Shown here: positions 19,237-27,900 of the stretch, piece by piece
How the letters are laid out: every line of letters begins with the position of its first letter
Position numbering within the stretch: the stretch's first letter is position 1
Origin: Bacteroidota bacterium
Lineage (GTDB): Bacteria > Bacteroidota > Bacteroidia > AKYH767-A > OLB10
NCBI GenBank assembly: GCA_046052065.1
Contig: JBJOND010000002.1
Span: forward strand, 31,224 to 95,223
DNA: 64,000 nucleotides
Reading direction: 5' to 3'
The notes under the pieces: model-generated
What the model saw: the letters and a program-made list of their open reading frames with translations, nothing else
What the model was told of the DNA's origin: nothing
Databases searched by the model: none
Made by a program: the position numbers and the translations under genes

Positions 19237-21786
19237 TTATCGCTGATCGAATCGGTCGTTCCGTTTAGTCAGTTTTAAATCCTGCAAAACACTTGATTTT
19301 ACGTTAATTTGAAAATAATAATTCTGTTGAAATCCAAACGGAACCCAATTTAAACGCATTTCCCAGCAATGTAAATCGCGATAAATACCAAGGGATGTAT
19401 AGGATAAGTCTTTTTGAATAAAATCATACCCCGAATTAAAATTCACTTTCCAAGCTTTTGTTACTTGAATATCACCACTGAAGTTCAATGTTTGTGTTGT
19501 TTGATCAGCGGTGGTGAAATTGTTTTGATAAAACAAACTATACCCAACATAAAGATTAAACGGAACTGTATAGTCGATATAATCTGCTGTGTTTTTATTA
19601 ATGGTTTGCAATTCCTCCTTGGTTCCTTTATCTGAACTATAATTCTTTTTATTGTTCATGATAGAAAAGTTCAGCGATAAATTGGCGTTATTCAAATGAG
19701 CAAGCTTTCCGTTTTCTTTTAACTCAAATTGATTGATGCGAGTACCTGCTTCAGTCACAACGTAAGGATCGAATACTCCCGCAAAATTAAAAGTGACTTT
19801 ATCTAATAGTGTTGTTCTTCCCGATACACCTATTGGAGATAGGTTCATAGAGTCAAGGGCAAAATTGTAGTTCATAGAAGCAGCTAAACTTTCAAAAATT
19901 TTCAACTTTTTAATTACATCTGATGAATCCGTTTTAGTTCGCGTTTTCATCTCAAGGTTGTTATCTAGATTAAATGTTAATAATGATGACTTCCCTGATG
20001 CTGGTCCACCATACAAGGCCCCTTCAAAAATGGAATATTGTCCTGTTCTGCCAGTTGAATCTAACTGAACGGATTTGTAAACACCATAGGATGGGTCAGA
20101 AAAATCAGGTCGCCATGAATACCCAATTACAGGTGTCATAACGTGACGGATAGCTGCAATTTTTCCTTTCTTGAATTGTACTAATCCAAAAATTCTTGTA
20201 TTTAAATTTGCTGCAAAAGCAAACTCACGAGCCGATTTAAATCCAGATAACGTATCTACAACCACCGACTTGGTCTCGGTATCAAAAGATTTTTCAATTG
20301 ATTTTAAATACCATTTTTCAGAATAGGAAATACTCGGACTAACATTAAAATACTTTAGAAAAGTAAAAGAAGTACTTATTGGAATAATATGTTGAATTCC
20401 GTAACGCAATTGTTTTAAAGATTCATCTCTGAATAGTAATGTATCTTTTGTTGCTATAGAATTCTGGAAGTTAGTTGTATAGCTCACTCCTATTTTTTCA
20501 TACCATTTCATACTTCCAACTTGTGTCTTTTTCTTGAATGGTGAAATACGACCAATACCAAAAGTAGCAGATGGAAGACTTACCGAAATATCCTTGGAGG
20601 TTGTGTTTTGTGAATGCGACATTCCTACACTTAAACTGATAGGCTTTCCTACCCACGACTTACTGTAAGCCACAGAAGATGCAAAAGTATTTGTGAGGAA
20701 GTTATTGGAGTTAGATAAATTAAACCTGTAAAATTCACTTGAACCAGCATTAACACTTGCACTAAAGGAAGTATTCGGTCTGGCTTTCGAATCCTGCGTA
20801 TGATTCCAGCGAATAAAGAATCCTTTTTCAGTTCGATAGTCAGGCAATTCTTTCTGACTCACTTTAGTAAATGAATAATTCAAAGAAAGATTTCCAGAAT
20901 AGTGATAACGATTATTATAATTTGAAAATGCATTCAATCGGTAACTACCTCGCGAGTAAATATCACCTGTTAATGCTAAATCGAAATAGTCGCTTAATCC
21001 AAAGTAATAACCTCCGTTAGTTAGAAATACTCCCAATTGAACCGATTGTCCATAAGCCGGTATAAGAATTCCAGATGTACGAGCTTTTTTATTGGGAAAG
21101 AATCCAAATGGAATAGCAAATGGCGTAGGCACATCGCCAATTACTAACTCTGCAGGACCTGTTACAATTTTATTATCGGGAATAACTTTAATTTTAGAAC
21201 TGGCGATATAATAATGTGGTTCTTCAGCTTCGCAAGTAGTGTAATACCCGTGTTTTATGTAAGTGGTATTGTCTGATTCTTTCTTGACTGTTGATCCATG
21301 AATGTAACTATCACCTTGCTGAGTTGTTATTTCGGTAATGCGTCCCCGTTTGGTATCGAAATTATAACGAATACTATCTGATTTAAATTCATCGTTATTT
21401 TGCTTAAAAACAGGATAGTTTACAGGGTTTCCTAAACTATCTGTTGTCCCACAAGCAAAAAGGTTACGATTGTTAAAGTTGAGTTCAATAAAATCAGCTT
21501 TTAAGTCGATATCCTCATAAGTAATATGCGCCTTTCCATACATATAAACCTTTTCATTCTCAAGATCATAAACAATTGAATCGAGGGCATCGTATTTCAC
21601 TTTCGACTTGAAATCGGTTGCTATTTGTAATGAATCAACATTAATGCTATCAACGTCAGTTTTGGAAACATTAGTACTATCGGATTGTGCTAACAAAACG
21701 TTGCTTATCGTCAGAAAGAAACATACGAAATACCAACATTTTAACGTTGACAAGTTGTAAGATTTAATACGAAACTGCTGTTGCAT
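19237..21786 (-). CDS. lptD: Bacteroidota-type LPS-assembly outer membrane protein LptD
   Basis: About 850 aa with a signal peptide, an OstA-like N-terminal region (DSIVYDL..EKVYMYGKAHITYEDIDLKADFI) and a long beta-barrel. The ATG at 21786 is preferred over the track's GTG at 21801. Confidence 0.8.
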   Translation of the reverse strand: MQQQFRIKSYNLSTLKCWYFVCFFLTISNVLLAQSDSTNVSKTDVDSINVDSLQIATDFKSKVKYDALDSIVYDLENEKVYMYGKAHITYEDIDLKADFIELNFNNRNLFACGTTDSLGNPVNYPVFKQNNDEFKSDSIRYNFDTKRGRITEITTQQGDSYIHGSTVKKESDNTTYIKHGYYTTCEAEEPHYYIASSKIKVIPDNKIVTGPAELVIGDVPTPFAIPFGFFPNKKARTSGILIPAYGQSVQLGVFLTNGGYYFGLSDYFDLALTGDIYSRGSYRLNAFSNYNNRYHYSGNLSLNYSFTKVSQKELPDYRTEKGFFIRWNHTQDSKARPNTSFSASVNAGSSEFYRFNLSNSNNFLTNTFASSVAYSKSWVGKPISLSVGMSHSQNTTSKDISVSLPSATFGIGRISPFKKKTQVGSMKWYEKIGVSYTTNFQNSIATKDTLLFRDESLKQLRYGIQHIIPISTSFTFLKYFNVSPSISYSEKWYLKSIEKSFDTETKSVVVDTLSGFKSAREFAFAANLNTRIFGLVQFKKGKIAAIRHVMTPVIGYSWRPDFSDPSYGVYKSVQLDSTGRTGQYSIFEGALYGGPASGKSSLLTFNLDNNLEMKTRTKTDSSDVIKKLKIFESLAASMNYNFALDSMNLSPIGVSGRTTLLDKVTFNFAGVFDPYVVTEAGTRINQFELKENGKLAHLNNANLSLNFSIMNNKKNYSSDKGTKEELQTINKNTADYIDYTVPFNLYVGYSLFYQNNFTTADQTTQTLNFSGDIQVTKAWKVNFNSGYDFIQKDLSYTSLGIYRDLHCWEMRLNWVPFGFQQNYYFQINVKSSVLQDLKLTKRNDRFDQR

Positions 21787-21802
21787 TCCTACTTTAAGCA
21801 CT

Positions 21803-21810
21803 TAATTTTG
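21803..21810 (+). promoter_or_regulatory. -7 box TAATTTTG for the amidase gene
   Basis: Exact TAnnTTTG match, 21 nt upstream of the ATG at 21832. Confidence 0.45.
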
Positions 21811-21815
21811 TTTTG

Positions 21816-21823
21816 CAAAGTTA
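21816..21823 (-). promoter_or_regulatory. -7 box (TAACTTTG on the minus strand) for lptD
   Basis: Exact TAnnTTTG match. It faces the amidase box, with only 5 nt between them. Confidence 0.45.
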
Positions 21824-21831
21824 CTCATTCC

Positions 21832-23091
21832 ATGGTGAAACGGATATTTACTCTTTTATTTACTTTTTATTTTTCTATTTTTTCATGTTTTTCAGACGTA
21901 CCAGGTAAGAAAACAGGATATAAAATCAGAACTATAGTTATTGATGCTGGTCATGGTGGACATGATACAGGTTGTTTAGGTTCAGACTCCAGAGAAAAGG
22001 ATGTTGCCCTTAAAATGGCTTTAAAGTTAGGAAAACTCATAGAGGCTAATTGTCCCGATGTTAATGTGGTTTATACCCGAAAAACAGATGTTTTTATCCC
22101 ATTAATTGAACGTGCTAATATTGCAAATAGAGCAAAAGCTGATTTGTTCATATGTATTCACCTGAATTCAGGCCCTAAATCAGCATATGGTGCTGAAACA
22201 TTTGTAATGGGATTACATAAGTCAGATGATAATTTAAATGTTGCTAAACGAGAGAATGCGGCTATTTTATTAGAAGATAATTACGAAAGAAACTACGATG
22301 GTTTCGACCCTAATTCGCCTGAAGCAAATATTATTTTTTCGCTTTATCAGAATCAATTTATGCAGCAAAGTTTAAGTTTTGCGGCTAAAATTCAGATGCA
22401 GTTTAAGGATAATTCAAAAAGATATAGTCGTGGTGTAAAACAAGCGGGTTTTTTAGTTTTATATAAAACAGCGATGCCATCTGTGCTTATTGAAAGTGGA
22501 TTTTTAACTAATGATGGCGACCAACGATTCTTAAGCAGTGATGCCGGGCAGGCAAGTATGGCATCTTCTATTTACAGAGCTTTCAAATCATACAAAGCTG
22601 AATTAGAAACTGGTATTGTTATTAATGATAAAATTGATATACAAGAAGATAGAGCTGAAGAAAAAGCGGACACTAACAAAAATGATAATAAACCAACTTC
22701 GGACAACACAATCAACGATCAGAAATCGGATAAAAAAGAAGCTGAAGTAAGCACCGTAATTAAAGTTGTCGATACAACTAAAACTAATAAAGTCGAAAAA
22801 ACAACTACAAAGACAGATATAGATTATTCAAAGATTGCTTTTATTACAATTCAAGTGGGCGCGGTTAAAGAAGGTGGTGCAATTTCGCCTAAGGTCAATG
22901 ACTTAAAAACTGTTTTTAATATCACTTTCGATGATGGTTATACCAGATATTTTGTAGGTCGTTTTTCTACAATTGCTGATGCTAAAGTTCGTCTTGAAAA
23001 ACTGAAAGAAGCTGGATTTGAAGATGCATTTATGACAGCTTATGATCAGCTTGTAAAAGTAAAATGCTCTGATGTTCAGAATAAGAAGTAG
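21832..23091 (+). CDS. N-acetylmuramoyl-L-alanine amidase (Amidase_3) with a low-complexity linker and a C-terminal SPOR domain
   Basis: IVIDAGHGGHDTG, ANRAKADLFICIHLN and LIESGFLTN motifs. The C-terminus (IQVGAV...RYFVGRFSTIADAKVRLEKLKEAGFEDAFM) is SPOR-like. Start moved to the ATG at 21832 (signal peptide MVKRIFTLLF). Confidence 0.88.
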   Translation: MVKRIFTLLFTFYFSIFSCFSDVPGKKTGYKIRTIVIDAGHGGHDTGCLGSDSREKDVALKMALKLGKLIEANCPDVNVVYTRKTDVFIPLIERANIANRAKADLFICIHLNSGPKSAYGAETFVMGLHKSDDNLNVAKRENAAILLEDNYERNYDGFDPNSPEANIIFSLYQNQFMQQSLSFAAKIQMQFKDNSKRYSRGVKQAGFLVLYKTAMPSVLIESGFLTNDGDQRFLSSDAGQASMASSIYRAFKSYKAELETGIVINDKIDIQEDRAEEKADTNKNDNKPTSDNTINDQKSDKKEAEVSTVIKVVDTTKTNKVEKTTTKTDIDYSKIAFITIQVGAVKEGGAISPKVNDLKTVFNITFDDGYTRYFVGRFSTIADAKVRLEKLKEAGFEDAFMTAYDQLVKVKCSDVQNKK

Positions 23092-23220
23092 TTTTCGATT
23101 GATTTTTATTATCCAAAAACCACTGATTTAATCAACATTTTTTTGCTTAAAAATAACTTTCAATTTTAAAATTTGTTTGCTTGAATATTATTACTTTGCA
23201 AGAGTTGAAATTTATTGATT

Positions 23221-24534
23221 ATGATAGCTAATATTCTGTTTGTTTTATTGCTGATTGCTGGCGTTGGTTTGTTTACAAAAAAAATCAGATCGGTTATTCG
23301 AAATATTAAACTGGGTCAGGATATCGACCTTAGCGACCGACCAATGGAGCGTTTGCAAACTATGATTCGTGTGGCTCTTGGTCAATCGAAGATGGGTAGT
23401 CGTCCAGTGGCTGCTTTCTTTCATGTTATTTTATATGTTGGATTTATTATCATCAATATAGAAGTCATAGAAATTATTATTGATGGAATCTTTGGTACGC
23501 ACAGAGTATTATCCTTTTTAGGTAGCTTTTATAATTTCCTTATTGGCTCATTTGAATATCTTGCCTTCTTAGTATTGATTGCTTGTTTTGTTTTTCTATC
23601 AAGAAGAAATATTATAAAGCTTAAACGTTTCCACATGAAGGAAATGACGAAATGGCCTAAGTCGGATGCAAACATCATTCTATTCGTTGAAATATTTTTA
23701 ATGTCAGCTTTCTTAATCATGAATGCTTGTGATTTTAAACTTCAGTTATTACAATCGGAACATTATTTCAAGGGTGAGATTGTAGGTGCATTTCCTATTT
23801 CATCTTTTCTAATTTCATTTTTACCAAGTGATGTATCATCATTAGTATTTATTGAGCGTTTTTGTTGGTGGTTTCATATCATCGGAATTTTAGCTTTCCT
23901 AAATTACGTTCCGTACTCGAAGCATTTTCATATCATGTTAGCTTTTCCAAATACCTATTACAGCAAGTTAACGCCTAAAGGGCAGTTTTCGAATATGGAG
24001 AGTGTAACGAATGAAGTGAAATTGATGCTTGATCCGAGTGCTGTTCCCCCTCCTGCTGATGCACCTCCTGCTCGTTTTGGTGCAAAGGATGTTCAGGATT
24101 TAACCTGGAAACAATTAATGGATTCTTATTCGTGTACGGAATGTGGCCGCTGTACCTCTGCTTGTCCTGCCAACTTAACAGGTAAACTTCTTTCTCCTCG
24201 TAAGATAATGATGGATACACGTGACCGTTTGGAAGAAGTTGGAAAAAACATGGATCAGCATGGTGCCGATTATAAAGACGAGAAATCTCTGTTGGGAAGT
24301 TATATTACAGAAGAGGAATTATGGGCTTGCACAAGTTGTAATGCATGTACAGAAGCTTGCCCTGTGAATATTGATCCATTATCAATCATCATCGACATGA
24401 GAAGATATTTAGTGATGGAACAATCAACAGCACCGGCTGAATTGCAAGGTATGTTTTCGAAGATTGAAAACAACGGAGCTCCTTGGCAGTTTCCTGCATC
24501 CGACCGAATGAATTGGACAAAAGATGAAAATTAA
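23221..24534 (+). CDS. Membrane-anchored Fe-S protein: a DsrM/NarI-like multi-TM module fused to a 2x[4Fe-4S] ferredoxin domain (HdrD/DsrK N-terminal half)
   Basis: About 5-6 hydrophobic helices with conserved His (FFHVILY, WWFHIIG, PYSKHFHI). Then CTECGRCTSACP and CTSCNACTEACP cluster motifs. Confidence 0.8.
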   Translation: MIANILFVLLLIAGVGLFTKKIRSVIRNIKLGQDIDLSDRPMERLQTMIRVALGQSKMGSRPVAAFFHVILYVGFIIINIEVIEIIIDGIFGTHRVLSFLGSFYNFLIGSFEYLAFLVLIACFVFLSRRNIIKLKRFHMKEMTKWPKSDANIILFVEIFLMSAFLIMNACDFKLQLLQSEHYFKGEIVGAFPISSFLISFLPSDVSSLVFIERFCWWFHIIGILAFLNYVPYSKHFHIMLAFPNTYYSKLTPKGQFSNMESVTNEVKLMLDPSAVPPPADAPPARFGAKDVQDLTWKQLMDSYSCTECGRCTSACPANLTGKLLSPRKIMMDTRDRLEEVGKNMDQHGADYKDEKSLLGSYITEEELWACTSCNACTEACPVNIDPLSIIIDMRRYLVMEQSTAPAELQGMFSKIENNGAPWQFPASDRMNWTKDEN

Positions 24535-24555
24535 TTAACCACTGCGAATAAAAAA

Positions 24556-25347
24556 ATGGAAAAATTAGTTGTACCAACAATGGCCGAGATGATGGCTAAA
24601 GGAGAAAAACCAGAAGTTTTATTTTGGGTGGGATGCGCAGGTAGTTTTGATGACCGTGCAAAAAAAGTAACTAAAGCAGTTGCTAAAATATTACAACATA
24701 CAGGAGTTAATTTCGCTGTATTAGGTACCGAAGAAAGCTGTACTGGTGATCCTGCCAAACGTGCAGGACATGAATTTTTGTTTCAGATGCAAGCCATGAG
24801 TAATGTGATGGTACTTAACGGCTACGAAGTAACAAAGATTGTTACAGCTTGTCCGCATTGCTTCAATACAATAAAGAACGAATACCCTGCCCTCGGTGGA
24901 AACTATGAAGTAGTTCATCACTCGCAATTATTACAACAATTAATTGACAACGGAAGATTAAAAGTAGAAGGCGGTAGTTTTCAAGGTAAGAAAATAACTT
25001 TCCATGACCCATGTTATTTAGGCCGTGCGAATGGAGAATACGAAGCTCCCCGTTCTGTTATTCAGAAGTTAGATATTTATTTTACTGAAATGAAACGTAG
25101 TCGTGCAAACGGATTATGTTGTGGCGCTGGTGGTGCACAAATGTTTAAAGAACCTGAAAATGGTAATAAAGACATTAACATCGAACGTGCTGAAGAAGCA
25201 TTACAATTAAACCCTGAAATAATTGCTGTTGGCTGTCCGTTTTGTATGACCATGCTTTCGGATGGTGTAAAGAATTTTAATAAAGAGCATGATGTTCAGG
25301 TTAAAGACATTGCTGAAATGATTGCTGAAGCAATTGATATAAAATAA
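24556..25347 (+). CDS. Cysteine-rich CCG-domain protein (HdrD/DsrK C-terminal half; GlpC/LutA-like)
   Basis: Two CCG-type modules: VGCAGSF...CTGD...CPHC and DPCYLGR...CCGAGG...CPFC. Confidence 0.8.
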   Translation: MEKLVVPTMAEMMAKGEKPEVLFWVGCAGSFDDRAKKVTKAVAKILQHTGVNFAVLGTEESCTGDPAKRAGHEFLFQMQAMSNVMVLNGYEVTKIVTACPHCFNTIKNEYPALGGNYEVVHHSQLLQQLIDNGRLKVEGGSFQGKKITFHDPCYLGRANGEYEAPRSVIQKLDIYFTEMKRSRANGLCCGAGGAQMFKEPENGNKDINIERAEEALQLNPEIIAVGCPFCMTMLSDGVKNFNKEHDVQVKDIAEMIAEAIDIK

Positions 25348-25350
25348 CGA

Positions 25351-26124
25351 ATGGATAATCAACAAACAGGTTATAAGCATTTCATTGAGGAAGTTGGAAA
25401 TATTTCTGCTTTCACATGGAAGTTTATTAAAGCCTTTTTTAATCGTAAACAAGAATGGAAAGAAATTATCCGTCAGTGTTACATTATCGGTTATCAGTCG
25501 ATGCCATTAGTAGGAATCACCGCTTTTATTATGGGATTGGTTTTAACTGTTCAATCGCGACCTACACTCGAAGAATTTGGTGCTGTTAGTTATCTGCCAG
25601 CTATGGTTGCATTATCAATGGTTCGTGAAATTGGTCCTGTAGTTACAGCATTAATTTGTGCTGGTAAAATTGGCTCTAGTATAGGTGCTGAATTGGGTTC
25701 TATGCGCGTGACAGAACAGATTGACGCAATGGAAGTATCAGGAACAAATCCGTTTAGGTATTTAGTTGTAACACGCGTAACGGCTTGTATTTTTATGTTA
25801 CCTGTTTTGGTAGTTGTTGCAGATGGGATTTCATTGTATGCTTCTTATTTAGGCGTTAATTTAAAAGGAGTTTTAACTTGGAATTTGTATTACCATCAAG
25901 TTTTTGAATCGTTATCATTCTCTGATATTTTGCCAGCATACATCAAGACCTATTTCTTCGGTTTAGCAATTGGAATTATTGGATGTTATAAAGGATACTA
26001 CTCAAATAAAGGAACAGAAGGTGTAGGAATAGCAGCCAACTCTGCAGTAGTTGTTTCATCGTTAGTTGTATTTATTATGGATTTAATTGCAGTTCAAATC
26101 GCAGACATGTTAGGATATACTTAA
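25351..26124 (+). CDS. mlaE: MlaE-family ABC permease
   Basis: 257 aa and multi-TM. The REIGPVVTALICAGKIGSSIGAELGSMRVTEQIDAME motif is characteristic of MlaE. Confidence 0.88.
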   Translation: MDNQQTGYKHFIEEVGNISAFTWKFIKAFFNRKQEWKEIIRQCYIIGYQSMPLVGITAFIMGLVLTVQSRPTLEEFGAVSYLPAMVALSMVREIGPVVTALICAGKIGSSIGAELGSMRVTEQIDAMEVSGTNPFRYLVVTRVTACIFMLPVLVVVADGISLYASYLGVNLKGVLTWNLYYHQVFESLSFSDILPAYIKTYFFGLAIGIIGCYKGYYSNKGTEGVGIAANSAVVVSSLVVFIMDLIAVQIADMLGYT

Positions 26125-26126
26125 TC

Positions 26127-26867
26127 ATGAAAGAGGAAGCAGTAGTTGTAACAAATAACCTTGTAAAATCATTCGGGAATAACCATGTCCTGAAAGGATT
26201 TAACATGGACTTGCAAAAGGGTGAGAACTTAGTTGTATTAGGAAAATCAGGTTCAGGAAAATCAGTTTTGATTAAATGCATGGTAGGTTTATTATATCCC
26301 GACAGCGGTAGTGTAAAAGTATTCGGACAAGAAGTAGCTGATTTATCCGTTGATGAATTGGATGATTTAAGAACGAGAATTGGATTTTTATTTCAGAGTA
26401 GTGCCTTGTATGATTCCATGACAGTAAGAGAAAATTTAGAGTTTCCTTTAAAACGACATCATCCTAAATTGAATCAGAAAGAAGTAGATGATTTAGTAAT
26501 GGAAGCATTAGCAAATGTTGGATTGGAAAGAGCTGTTGATTTAATGCCTTCTGAACTTTCCGGTGGTATGAGAAAGCGTATTGGTTTAGCCAGAACGCTA
26601 ATTTTAAAACCAGAAATAATGTTATATGATGAGCCTACAACAGGTTTAGATCCAGTAACAAGTAGAGAAATAAGTGAATTAATATTAGAAGTACAAAACA
26701 ATTATAAAACATCATCAATCATTATTACTCATGATATGGATTGTGCCCGTACTGTTGCTAACCGTGTAATTATTTTAATTAACGGCGAACGATATGCAAT
26801 GGGTACTTTTGATGAGTTAATGAAGTCTGATGACCCTCAATTAAAACCCTTCTTTGCGGCATTATGA
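26127..26867 (+). CDS. mlaF: MlaF-like ABC ATP-binding protein
   Basis: Walker A GKSGSGKS, signature LSGGMRKR, Walker B MLYDEP. Tightly spaced after mlaE. Confidence 0.88.
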   Translation: MKEEAVVVTNNLVKSFGNNHVLKGFNMDLQKGENLVVLGKSGSGKSVLIKCMVGLLYPDSGSVKVFGQEVADLSVDELDDLRTRIGFLFQSSALYDSMTVRENLEFPLKRHHPKLNQKEVDDLVMEALANVGLERAVDLMPSELSGGMRKRIGLARTLILKPEIMLYDEPTTGLDPVTSREISELILEVQNNYKTSSIIITHDMDCARTVANRVIILINGERYAMGTFDELMKSDDPQLKPFFAAL

Positions 26868-27832
26868 AAAATAAATATTCGAATTTTAAATTAGGTATAT
26901 TCGTTACAGTTAGTCTTGTTTTGCTAATTGTTTCGCTATATTTTATAGGTAATAAAAAGCATATGTTTTCTAAAACAACTACTATCTATGCGGTTTTTCA
27001 TAGCATAGATGGACTTAGAGCTGGAAACAATGTTAGGTTTGCTGGAATTGATATAGGAACAATTAGTAAGGTGAAAATAATCAATGACACAACGGTGATT
27101 GTATCTATACAAATTGAAGAAGATTCTAAAAGATTTATTTGTAAAAATGCAGTTGCAGATGTCGGATCAGATGGATTAATGGGAAATAAATTAGTCAATA
27201 TTAATCCGAATGAAGTGCCAGCACCTCCTATTGAAAACAATGATACAATACAATCGATTACTCCAATTGCAAGTGATCAGATGATTCGCACTTTAAACAA
27301 TACGAACAACAACGTTCTTGATATCACCAACGATTTAAAGAGTATCACTAAACGTATCAATGCAAGTAATGCCTTATGGTCATTATTATCAGATACGGGA
27401 GCCGCAAATCAGTTACTTGCAACTATCGACAAATTAGAAAGCACTGCAAATAATGCCAACCGACTTTCATCAGATGCTTCTCAGCTAGTAAAGGATATCA
27501 AAGCAGGAAAAGGAAGCGCTGGTAAATTTTTAGTAGAAGATTCAATTGCTAATGAAATGGAATCCTTGTTAAGCAACTTAAATGACGCATCTGATACCGC
27601 AAAACTTGCTTTACATCATATGCACGAATTCATGAAAGACCTTAACATGACCCCTGGATCGTTAGGTGTTTTAGCAAGAGATACAGTGATGGCAAATGAT
27701 ATGAAGTCGATGATGTTTAATTTAAAGGAAAGTACGTATCATTTAGATGAAAATATGAAAGCCCTACAAGGGAATGTATTCTTTAGAAAGTATTTTAAGA
27801 ATCAAGAAAAGAAGAAGAAAGCAGGGAAGTAA
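26864..27832 (+). CDS. mlaD: MlaD/MCE-domain protein with an extended helical C-terminus
   Basis: N-terminal TM, then an MCE fold (GLRAGNNVRFAGIDIGTISKV). 4-nt overlap with mlaF. Confidence 0.85.
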   Translation: MKNKYSNFKLGIFVTVSLVLLIVSLYFIGNKKHMFSKTTTIYAVFHSIDGLRAGNNVRFAGIDIGTISKVKIINDTTVIVSIQIEEDSKRFICKNAVADVGSDGLMGNKLVNINPNEVPAPPIENNDTIQSITPIASDQMIRTLNNTNNNVLDITNDLKSITKRINASNALWSLLSDTGAANQLLATIDKLESTANNANRLSSDASQLVKDIKAGKGSAGKFLVEDSIANEMESLLSNLNDASDTAKLALHHMHEFMKDLNMTPGSLGVLARDTVMANDMKSMMFNLKESTYHLDENMKALQGNVFFRKYFKNQEKKKKAGK

Positions 27833-27844
27833 AAAAACTCTCAC

Positions 27845-27883
27845 AAAAAAAAGGACCACTTCAAATTGATGTGGTCCTTTTTT
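27845..27883. terminator. Bidirectional intrinsic terminator between mlaD and the M16 peptidase gene
   Basis: AAGGACCAC (27851-27859) / GTGGTCCTT (27871-27879), with an A-run before and a T-run after. Confidence 0.85.
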
Positions 27884-27900
27884 ATATTTAACTATGTTTG

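Noticed and set aside
24218-24223. Search for a parS site (TGTTNCACGTGAAACA-type) near parAB and elsewhere. The only CACGTG cores seen are this one (ATACACGTGACC) and one near 18410.
   Set aside because: The flanks do not match the parS palindrome and both lie inside coding sequence. parS is probably outside the window. This was scanned by eye, so a degenerate site could have been missed.
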